Positions 45,301 to 55,929 of a stretch of DNA of 64,000 nucleotides are shown piece by piece. Source of the stretch: Spirogloea muscicola (taxonomy: Eukaryota); the NCBI GenBank assembly GCA_009602725.1, contig WELB01000022.1, positions 737,389-801,388 of the forward strand, in the 5' to 3' direction. The position numbers and the translations under genes were made by a program. The notes beneath the pieces were generated by a model, which saw only the letters and a list, made by a program, of their open reading frames with translations, was not told the DNA's origin and made no database searches. The first letter of the stretch is position 1; the number at the start of each line of letters is the position of its first letter.

Positions 45301-47147
45301 TTACGACATTACTAATGGCCATTAGATTGATAGTATGGAGGCCACGTACTTTCAGGCGACACCTTCGCAACACGGGCAATGACAGCAGCACATGGGCTGT
45401 CGAGCTCAAGAGCTATGGCGTTGGAGTCTGCGGGCAGCCCCTGCACGCGCCGGACCGCCAGCTCCTCGAGGCCGGCACGGCAGCTCCCGCCAGCCGCCGA
45501 CGCCGCGGCGGCGGCGGCGGCAACAGCCAGCGCACGCAGGCGGGCACCGGTGGGGTCCACCTCCGGCTTGAAGCCATGGCGCACGCCGGCGACCGTCGTG
45601 ACCACAGCGCCAAGCACAGTGCGCCACTCTGCCGCAGCTGCTGCTGCCCTCTCGCGCCGTCGGCGCTTCTTGCGGCCGGGCTCGTCGTGCGCAGCAGCGG
45701 CAGCGGCGGCGGTGTCCAGCGGCGGAACAGGCGGTGGGTGCAGGCCAGGCACAGACACGACGAGCGCACCGGCGGCGCCGCCGAAGTCGAAGCTGGCAAG
45801 GCCAACGGCCCAGCAAGCCGCCTCGGCAGGCCAGTCGCCGAGCAGCGCCGCCAGCAGGGCCGCGAGCTCGGCGCCGAAGCCGCCGACGGCAAGGAGACCC
45901 GGCGAATCGGGCGCCGGCTGGCGCGGGAAGTCTTGCCACCACACCGTGTTGGTTACGTTCAGCCACTGCCCACAAGCGCCGCCGCCGCAACGGCTATGGC
46001 TGCGGCGTCAAGCTGCAGCGAGGCCGCAGCAGCGTAAGTGGGCATGGCGTCGGTTGTGAAGGAACGCCGCCGTACCTGGCTCGCGGTGAGGTTGGCGGAC
46101 GTGACGACGACGCGGAGGCAGTCGCGCCGCCGCAGCAGCAGGAGCTTCGGGTGGTGGCAGCCCATGCCCGGACGGCGATTGCTGCCGCTGCTGCCGAAGC
46201 GGTGAGCCTCTGGGAAAGTCGGAAACCTGCCAAGCGCCGCCGCAGCAGCCGCCGTCTCTGGCCATTAGGCACTCAGGCGAACCTCTGTAACTGCTGATGG
46301 CTAATGGATGTGTTAACTACCGCTAAATCCTGATCCATTACCCAAAGTGTGACCTGATCGAGGTTAGTGATGCTTGGATAGTGGATAATTCCACAAGCAT
46401 GATCTACTGCAACACTTAGTCCTTGGTTGGACCTATGGTGGGGCGCCCGCACAGCAGCTTGAGGAGAGGCCACTTGTCCGGCGCAGGCCGCGACGCGCGG
46501 GCTGCCGCGTCGGGCTCCCATGCCAGTCCGCCGTCCCCATGCGCCGCCACCGTTATCGGCAGCGTCGCCGGGATGCGGCAGTGCTCCATGAACCTGCTAT
46601 GACCACCATCGTAAGAAGAAAGTGCTCGTAAGCACTTCATTCGCAAGAGTTGCGTGTTTGTTCAGTCTTACTATGTATATCAATCATCTTGAAAGTGTTT
46701 TCCAATGTTACCGGCCAGTTAATTAGCTGCTCAGCACTGCGGCAATGTTGGCTTTGGCGGCCGCTGCCGAGGGCAGCGCCACCAAACTGAAGTCAGTCAG
46801 GATTCAATGAAGTCTTGGGGCTAAGAGACTTCAGTGGGCTTTGCATCGTGATCATAGGAATTAGGGTGAAGTAGGTCAGTCGGGTCGCACCAGTCAAGGT
46901 CGTACACGAGCGTGGTCACGAGGACGGCGTCGAGGCCGGCCAGCGGCGCGAGGAGGTCGCGCAGGCCGACGCCGTCGCCAACGCCGCCGAGGTGCGGCAG
47001 GCGGTTGAGGCAGAGGCCGCGCTCCCCGGGGCCGCCGCCGGGCAGGACGCGCGGCTCCTCGGCTGCGGCTTCTCCGGCGCCGTCGACGAGCTCATCGCCG
47101 CTGCTGCCGTTGCTGTGGCTGCCCCGCCGATTCAGCGGGAGCATCAT
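42372..47147 (-). CDS. TDP1: Tyrosyl-DNA phosphodiesterase 1 beta type (TDP1 with inserted HIRAN domain); start approximate
   Basis: First catalytic motif GCHHPK...VVVTSANL; WWQDFP; HIRAN-like LRIGYLPRAIAAWAAPLWD; LGLWRLHQ|VLRCHKWP; second motif MHVK...WVYCGSHNLSPAAWG; IYNYEAGIV; LPFQVPAPQY; acidic tail with YAERLW. Confidence 0.87.
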
Positions 47148-47591
47148 CGTCGCCGGTGGTCCAGTGCCGCTGCCGGGCCGTGCCTGCTCAGCCAGAGCGC
47201 CAGCATCGCCGTAGGCGCCATAGATTGTGGCGTCCGGGTGGGTTTCGGGGCTCTCGCCAAGGCGCTGCTGCTGAGCTGCTTGATGCCATGCACGGCTCTG
47301 TGGCTTCTCCCTCCATCATGCTACCACTTTTGCACTGTGGCAGAGATCTGGCGCCGTGAGCGGAGGGAGGGAGAAAGCTGGGAGCAACAGGGCAAGAGAG
47401 GGAGAGCAGCAGTTCAGAAGAGAGGAGAGGGGGCAGGAGAGCGTGAGAGGGGAGGAGGGAGATAGGAGTGCGAGTGAGACGGGACGGGGCGTGAGGAGGG
47501 AGTTAGGTGGGGATCAAGGGAGGGTGTTGTGGAGAGAGACGGAGTGAGTAGAGGAGAGAGAGGGGTGGCTTATGAGGAGGCGAGCGAGAAG

Positions 47592-47598
47592 GTGTGTG

Positions 47599-47672
<74 letters not shown>
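47592..47672. repeat. (GT)n(GA)n compound microsatellite in the TDP1beta / IDP-SAM divergent promoter
   Basis: Directly visible. Confidence 0.95.
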
Positions 47673-47678
<6 letters not shown>

Positions 47679-47900
47679 GTATTCGCGCGCCGGGTTTTGG
47701 CGCGAAGCGTAGGGCGTCGGCCGGGGCCGCCACAGGCACTTGTTGCCTACTTTGCCCGTAGTTTGCAGCTGCGGACTCCTTGCAGTAGGGCAGTGAAATC
47801 GATGTCAACTGCTGGCAAGCTTTGTGAGATATGACCTTCGGCGGAGATCAAACTAGTGACAAAGGCTTGCCTCGGATTGCCTCCGCTTCGACCCGCGAGC

Positions 47901-48056
47901 GTCGGCCGGCCGACGACGGGCCGCCGCGTGTCGGCTTACCGACGCGGACCAGCATGCGCTGTTGAGTCGCCTGTGCTCCACGTGTCCTTGCCGCCACGCG
48001 GGGGCTGTAAGGCTGACGCGTGGCCAAAGGGCTCAGACGTGCGCCCGCCACGTGTC
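47901..48056 (+). promoter_or_regulatory. Cluster of ABRE/G-box, CE3 and DRE/CRT-like elements
   Basis: CCACGTGTC at 47978, GCCACGTGTC at 48047, ACGCGTGGC at 48016, CGCGTGTC at 47925, GCCACGCG at 47993; RCCGAC cores at 47901(-), 47909, 47930(-), 47938. Confidence 0.65.
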
Positions 48057-48313
48057 CGGGTCCACTTGCCACTTGGCAAAGTCCACCAAGTCACGCCTTG
48101 GAGACTCCCCCTACTCCATGGCCAGAGCTCCCAATAGCTCATTCTACGCTCCTCCTCAGACGGCCGTCATTGCCCACAGCTCGTCCAGTCTTACGTACTC
48201 CTCCAGCCTTCCTCCCTCCCCCCCTGCTCCCACGGTAGCGGCTGCCATTTACTCCTCTGCGCAGCTCGCCTCAAGCCTCAGCCTCTGGGCGTTGCCTTCG
48301 CCGCTCAGCAGCC

Positions 48314-51300
48314 ATGCAGAAGATCAAGCAGGTTATTCACCACTTGGAGGGCAAGGATGACAGCGGCGGCCAGGGGCAGCAGCAGCAGGGGAAGACGTAC
48401 CAGCGCGACCCCGCGGCGCCGTACTCGGGCGCGCCGGTCCATGGCAAGGCGATCGTGGGCTACGGCTCGTCAGGCGAGCCGCTGTACGAGGGCGACGCCG
48501 GCGCTGCGGCGGTGACGCGAGACCCCACCATGGCGGCGTACGGCAGCCAGGGCCAGGCGCCGGCGAGCACCACAGCCGACGCGCTCAGCAAAATGTCACT
48601 GGCCGGGACTGGTGGCGCTGCCGGCACGGCGGCGGGGTCGGCGCCGGTGCAGCACGCGCCGGACATCCAGCCCTCAGGTGTGGCGCCAACGGCGCCAACG
48701 GCGGCGACCGACGCAGCCTTCGTCGACAACGAGTTCCCGTGGCAGCGCCCGCCGCCGCAGCAGCTGCTGCCCAAGCACACCCCGAGCAGCCCGACCGGCA
48801 CCGGCGGCTACGCCACTAGCACCGGCGCCGGTGCTGGCGCTGACGCTGGCACTGGCTCTGGCCTCAGCGGGGTGACTGGTGCGGCTGCTCAGCAGAGCAG
48901 CAGTGGCAGCAGCCCGTACTCGACGACAACTGGGAGCAGCCAGTACAACAGCAGCAGTGCGGCGCGCAGCGGGCCAGGCGCCGGCACTGCGGCTGCGGCC
49001 GGCGCTGCCGGCCTCGGCGCTGCGGCGCTCGCCAACCGCGGCGCCGACCACACCCACATCGTCGACACCGGCCTCGGCGAGGGGACCGATCCAGCTTACG
49101 GCACCAAGGGCGGCATAGGTGAGGGACAATCGCCACGCTGTAGGCGGCTATCAATAATCCCACGGCTTTGGATGACGGCGGAATGATGCTGACGCTGACG
49201 CTGACGCTGACGCTGTGTGCTGACACGGTCATGGTTGGCAACGATTCCGTAGGCTCGCGCGGCGCCGGCCCGATCTTGGGAGCAGCCACTACTGGCAGCT
49301 ATGGTGGCCAATCCACGCCGGCAGCCGGCTATGCCGGTTATGACAGCACCGGCACTGCTGCCCCCACTGGCTCCGCCAGTGGTTACAGCAACCAGGCGGG
49401 CTACGACAGTGGCAAGCCTGGCGACGGCGTTGTGCGGCGCACGGCGGAGACGCTGGGCGCTGCGGGCGTCGGCGCCGCTGGTCTGGAGGCTCTGCGCGCT
49501 CACGAGCAGCGCAAGGACGGTGTTGGCAGCGGCTACGGTGCTGGCAGCCAGCCCGGCTATGGCAGCACGACTGTGGGCACCGGCTACAACCAGTCGAGCA
49601 ATGGTAGCGGCATCGGCAGCGGCAGCGGCGTCGGCAGCGGCCATGGCAGCAGCCAGCAGTACGGCTCTGGCACGACCGGGACAGACAGCGGGGCCGGCAG
49701 CGGCTACGGCAGCGGCCAGCAGTACGGCTCTGGCACCGGGGTCGGCGCCGGCAGCGGCTATGACAGCAGCCAGCAGTACGGCTCTGGCACGACTGGGACC
49801 GGTAGTGGGGTTGGCAGCAGCTACGGCAGCGGCAAGCAGTACGGCTCTGGCACCGGGGTCGGCGCGGGATTGACCGGAGGCTATGGCACTCAGGCGTCGA
49901 CCGACCCAAACTTCAAGGCCGGTGACCACGGGATCACGCGCGCGGCCGAGGCGCTGGGCGCTGCCGGCGTTGGCGCCGCCGGCCTGGAGGCATTCCGCGA
50001 GCATGAGCGCAACCGGGCCTCCACGGCAGGCGGCACCGGCACCCTCTTCCAGGGTCCCAATAAGGTCCCCGCCGGCATCCTCAGCCCAACCGGCGGCACT
50101 GACGCCGGCAGCCAGTCTGGCTACGACAGCAGCCAGACCGGGACCGGACATGGCAGCCGCACACCTGGCAGTGACTACAGCGGCGCTGGCTATGGGAGCC
50201 AGACCGGCACTGGCGCCGGCGGCGGCTACGGCAGCCAGAGCCAGTACGGCACCGCCAGCAACCAGAGCACCGGCTCGTCGGTGGGCCAAATGGCGCACAA
50301 CGCTCTCGCTGGCGTTGGTGCAGGTGCCGGTGCGCTCGCCGGCGCGGCGGTCGGTGGCGTTGCCGGCTTGACTGGCCGCAGCGGACAGAGTGGCGGCCAG
50401 TACGACAGCTCCCAGGTCGGCTCCGAATACAGTGGTGGCCAATATGACAGCTCGCAGACCGGCTCTGGGTATGGCGGGCAGACCTCCAGCGGGCTGTATG
50501 GCAGTGATCGCAGCGGCAGTGGCTATGACAACACGCAGACCGGCTCCGCGTACGGTAGCACCCAGACCGGCACCGGCACTGGCAGCGGCTATGGCAGCGG
50601 TCACGGCAGCCAGAGCGGATATGGCACTGCCAGCAACCAGAGCACCGGCTCGTCGGTGGGCCAGATGGCGCACAACGCCCTCGCCGGTGCTGGCGCTGGC
50701 GTCGGCGCGATCGCTGGTGCGGCCACTGGCGGCATCGCCAGCCTGACTGGCCGCAGTGGCCAGAGCGGGGGCCAGTACGACAGCTCCCAGACTGCCTCTG
50801 GGTACGGCGGACAGTATGGAGGTAATCGGAGCGGCAGCGGCTATGACAAATCTCAGACCGACTCCACTTATGGTCAGACCGGCACTGGCACTGGCGGCGG
50901 TTATGGTGGCCAGAGCGACTACAGCAGCCAGACCGGCGGTCTATACGGCGGTAGCAGCGGTGGCGGTCCTTATGGCGGCAGCGACTACGGCAGCCAGGGC
51001 GCGTACAACAGCGGTACCGCTGGCGGCCAGAGTGTTGGCACAACGATCGGCCAGATGGCCAAGGGAGCGCTGGCGGGCACCGCTGCCGGCGCAGGCGCGC
51101 TCGCCGGCGTGGCTGCGGGCGGCATCGCCTCCATGACCGGTGGCCGCCGCGACAGCAGCCAGTACCAGACTGGCTCCGTCCACGACGACAGCCAGAGCGG
51201 GCCATACAGTGCTGGCGGTACTGGCGATCAGTACTACACAAGCGACATGCAGCGGTCCAGCAACTACGGCGGCAGCCAGCCCAGCAGCGGCTATGACCAA

Positions 51301-52295
51301 TCTGGCAGTGGTTACAACAGGAGCGGCGATCAGACCATCGGCGAGGGCCTGCCCCAGGGCGTAGCCCGCGTAGCAGCGGCAGCGGGCGCTGCGGCGGGAG
51401 TGCACGCGGTGCGTCGGACTGGCATTGCAGGACAGACTACTGGCCAGGTACTGCTTGCCTCTCCTCGCCGCTCTTCCCTTCTGGCGATGCATTGTTAGTT
51501 CATAAAAGCTGCTGGCTCATCGTCTAACCACCTCATAATGATGATCTTGACTTGATCTCCTGCTCTTAGCTCTAAATCTCCTGACCCGAGATCCTGTATT
51601 TTAAGCATGGTCATTGGCCGTTATGTCGTTGCACCTACTCATTCCTCCATGTGCTGAGGAGAAGCTTGACGGAGGTAGTCATGCTAATATTCACCTTGTT
51701 GTTTGTGCTGGCGGTGTTAATTGGTCGGGCAGTATGATGGGCAGGACCAGGGATATGGCGGCAGTAGCTACCCACAAACCGGGAGCATTGGGAGTCAGTA
51801 CTCAGGCACCAGCGGCTCTATGACGCAGCAGGAGCGCGGGGAGAGTGAGCATTTAACCATCAGAGGACTTCTTCCCTTATTGCGTTGACCACTAGTCTAA
51901 AAGTGAAATCTTCACAGTCATTTTCCAATATATGATTGTACTTTCGTCGTGTGTTGCACACAAAGGTCTCTCAAGGCTACATGTAAAATGTAGTTTACTA
52001 GCAAGTCTGCACCTTGCACAGAACATGGAACTGAGGTCAGCATATGTGGATGCTAATATTTCCTCCGCACTTTGCAGAGAACAGGGAATTAAAGTCAGCA
52101 TATGTGGGCGGTCCGGCTGTGACGCGGTTCATGGAGTCGGCAGGCCTGGGACAGTACTCCAGCCTGCTCACTGAGGCGTGGGTGGACATGGCTGAGCTCC
52201 GCAGCCTGTCAGATGACGAACTCATCACCATGGGCCTCCCAATGGGTGCTGTTGCTAAACTCAAACGCGCACTAATCAGGTACACTGGGTACTGA
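48314..52295 (+). CDS. ~1,100-aa Gly/Ser/Thr/Gln/Tyr-rich disordered (LEA/dehydrin-like) repeat protein with C-terminal SAM domain; exons 48314-49118, 49253-51447, 51733-51844, 52078-52295
   Basis: Phase-consistent GT-AG junctions; internal repeats SSQQYGSGT, LGAAGVGAAGLEA.R.HE (x2), GQMA..ALAG..AG.GA.AG...GG.A..TG (x3); C-terminus VTRFMESAGLGQYSSLLTEAWVDMAELRSLSDDELITMGLPMGAVAKLKRAL fits the SAM consensus. Confidence 0.82.
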
Positions 52296-53219
52296 GGGAA
52301 TTACCTTGATATGATGGCGAGCGTTGACGGAGGAGCTTATCTGTTAAGCAGCACATGATGAAGCAGAGTCCACTTTGCTGCTGTGGTTTGACCTTGTGGT
52401 TTTGTACTTGATAGTCTTGCTTATGTATCATGGAAAGTGGAGAGGTTTTTCAGCTGTGGCAAAGGATTGACACTGTAAAAGTATTTTGGCAGCTTGCTGC
52501 CTTTGATAATTTATACAATTGTTAATATTCCCATTTGTTAAAAATTTGTGTGCTAGTAACTTCCTGACTTTATACTACTGCCTTAGCTTAGTGATTGATA
52601 AGTATCTGTTTTTCATCCGTATCTGCTGAGAGGCACTAATTTGTGAGCCAGTGCATACCAATCCATGTACAAAGTCAGCCCCTCTATACTGAATGGATGG
52701 CTATAAGCATTAGCATCCTTGAGCAACAACTAGTGATACTGGAGGTGGCAAGTTCTTTCCAGATCTTACCACATGCAATGCATATATAATGGACACATGG
52801 CATGCAAAGAGTCTTGCTTGCTCACGATGCTGTGCACGTTCAAGTGATGGTGATACTTCAAGCTGCGTCCAAATGTGCACCCTCCACACTCCATGCCAGC
52901 ATTGGCAATAGAAGTCGCGTGAACCTTGAATAGAACATGATTGATGCGCCTTTCACAACTATTATTGAATCCGAAAAAGGTAACTGTTTCTCTGCGAGAA
53001 GTACTGTTGTCAGCAAGGATTCTTCGCACCAATGTTGTTTGATTGATTGCAAATGCGTCATGACAGACAAGATCGAATTTCCCCTCTACTTCACCGCCAT
53101 TATCTACTCCATACTCTTTATTATGCGCGATTGATGCTTTCAAAGTTGCAGAACTTGAGATGAATTTCAGACATCATTGAATGAATGAATGAAATGTATA
53201 ACCACAATCTCAAACCACC

Positions 53220-55657
53220 TCACAGGTCGGAAGGAGGCAGCTCAGCCGGTCTTTGCATTGAGCTGGGTAGTCCTAGCACCCTGTCCATGTCAAACCGAAC
53301 CTCGATATTTCGGATGCTGTAGCCAACAACCATGAGCAGATAGAGCAGTTTAGCCAGCTCCGCAGCTGTTGTCGCTGTGTGGACAGTCTGCAGCACATCA
53401 GCTTGAGAAGTACATCGATCAGCTTATCCTAAGTGGAAACTGAATACAGAAAATTAAATCATTTGAATACTAGAGAATCGACCAGGAACCTACAAGTGGA
53501 GAAGTAACCTTGAGTCCATTGACGTCAGCTACCCCCAGCAGACGCTGGATAAAGGCATTCATGGCTTCAAGTGCATCTTCTTGAGCGCTTGCTGTGAGCT
53601 CCTGCAGATGAAAAGCGTTCATGTGAGCAGATAAATATCTGCACGTACAGTCAATTTTTCCTTCAGACTGTGCAAAGCCAGGCGGAGCCTCCAAGCTTTT
53701 AGTGAAAAACGTCCAATGCAGGCATGCTATGAAGGAGCATACTTGCAGGTTCTGTGTTTGGAGCGACTTGAGGTAATCAAGTAGATGGTTGCCGGCGGCG
53801 CGGTCGTGCGCCTCCACCTGCCGTGCCAGCTCCTCCACCTCCGCTTCCAGCCGCTCAATGTAGTCGATCGCGTCCACCGCCTGTGGGCCGTCCACCTTGT
53901 GCCACCGCAGCACCTCACCGTGCACCCTCGTCTTCTGGCTGCCAGGCTCGAAGTCCGCGCCTCGCTGCCGGCAAGCAAGCAAGTACAACAGAGGCTCAAG
54001 GGGTAAGTATAGTACAGGGCGCAGCTTTCAGTGGTCAAGAGCTTGCTGCTGATGCAGCACCGCTGCATACATCAGCCTCTGCTGGCCTCCATAACAAGTT
54101 GGCAAAGTCAACCTTCTAACTCGTCTTAGGTACAACAGTTGCTGAGAAGCTGGATGTTAATTGTAGATACTTAGACCCAGATGATAATTTCTAACACTCA
54201 GCCTGGGCTTTTGTTGAATGAGGCAGCACTCACGCGTGCCGCTACAGTGGGACCGGGCAGCGCCGCCTGCGCGAGGCTCTGGGAGAGGTCCATGCGGTAC
54301 TGAGCATTGCGGAACATGTAGCCCGTCATCATGACGCTGTACATGAGCTGGGCGAGATTCTCGCCCACCTGAGATACACAAGTGCAGCTTGGTCAGTATG
54401 GCCACCTTAATGTCCGCACTGACGAAATGAAAAGTCACGGCCGGCTTTTGCAGATTGTCTGGCAGACCCTCACCGTGCTCACAGTCACCTCGAAGAACTG
54501 CAGTGGCAGCGTGCCAAGCATGTTGGTCACTGTCAGCCGCATGGCCTCCACGACCTGCCGTAGGTGCCGCCATGGGGCTCAGATAAGTACAGCCGAAGAT
54601 GTGTGCAGTATTGCAGCAAAGGAGCTGCAGCTCCAGGCCAAATTCCTGCTGCAATCTCTCGCTTGTGGCCGCCAGGGGGCTAGCAGGCGACAGATTGTCC
54701 TCTCAAGGCTAATGGCTGGCAGTCAAATCTCGCAAAGTGGCCTCCCCTGTGCCACTTGCCGCGCATGACACCGCCGGCAGCGGCAGGCAGCACTGCCCTT
54801 GAAGAATGCGGCTGCTGACATTAGGAGAGCGGCTGTGAAAGCCAGCCAGGTATTAGTGCAGCTTAGCGTCACCTGGGGGGGCGCCCTCTGCACAAACTTC
54901 TCCATGAACTCCGGCTGCACTGTGAGGACGTACTCGAGCAGCGCCTCGCGCCGGCTCTTGAACTGCCGGCAGGCAGCGCTCGGCGTCAGGCAGGCCACCG
55001 CCACCTCTAATGAAGTCTCGGTCAGTGTCCTCTCCATTAGCTACTTAGATGCTTCAGTTTGCTAAGTCTTTACGATAAGATAACAGTTTCCCGATAAGAG
55101 ATGGTCCATGGAAATACCAAGGTGCGCCCAGCGTGCGAGCGGCGGGCAATGGCAAACATGACTATACTAATGCTAGGGTTTTGCCTACTTAGTTGGGTTA
55201 ATTCTGTGATAGACAGTCGGCCTGGGGTAGCAGGAGCCGGAGGCGGGCGGCGGGGCTCTCACGACGCGCTCGGCGCCGGCGGCGGCGCCGTCGTGGTCCT
55301 CGGCCAGGGAGCCGCGCGCAGGGCCCGCCCTTCTCCGCCGCCGCCGCCGCCGCCGNNNNNNNNNNNNNNNNNNNNNNNNNNNNNNNNNNNNNNNNNNNNN
55401 NNNNNNNNNNNNNNNNNNNNNNNNNNNNNNNNNNNNNNNNNNNNNNNNNNNNNNNNNNNNNNNNNNNNNNNNNNNNNNNNNNNNNNNNNNNNNNNNNNNN
55501 NNNNNNNNNNNNNNNNNNNNNNNNNNNNNNNNNNNNNNNNNNNNNNNNNNNNNNNNNNNNNNNNNNNGGCCGCCGCCGGCCCCGCCGCCGCCGCCGGCGG
55601 CCGCAGCTTCGCGGGGCACGACCTCAACGTGCCGTACCACGCCGGCGCCGGCGCCAT
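53220..55657 (-). CDS. Plastid-targeted DUF760 family protein (gap 55356-55567 within exon 1)
   Basis: [49 protein letters not shown]...[58 protein letters not shown]; stop TGA at 53220-53222. Confidence 0.88.
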
Positions 55658-55929
55658 CGCCGCAGTCAGCTGGGCAGCCCAGTCTCAGCGGCCGCTGTGA
55701 CCATCAATGCCATGCGCTGAGTCGCCGACGCCATGGCTCGCGGCGGGCTGCGGCAGTCCGCCATTGGCCATGTGCACATTGGGCAGGCTGCTGGGCGGTC
55801 GAGTGCCCCTCTCTCATGGCTTGTCTCCGCTTTCTGGCCTTGGCCTCAGCTGGGTGGCGGCGGCGGCGGCGGCAGCGGCGGCGGCGGCGGAGGCGCCGGC
55901 GGCGGCCGCCGGGGAGGGGGGCGGCCGCC

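Noticed and set aside
49096..51492. Long antisense ORFs over the IDP-SAM gene (and similar over TDP1beta and OTU)
   Set aside because: Shadows of GC-rich, codon-biased sense ORFs.
52766..53143. 125-aa minus-strand ORF downstream of DUF760
   Set aside because: AT-rich, non-ATG start, atypical codon use; falls in the 3' UTR region.
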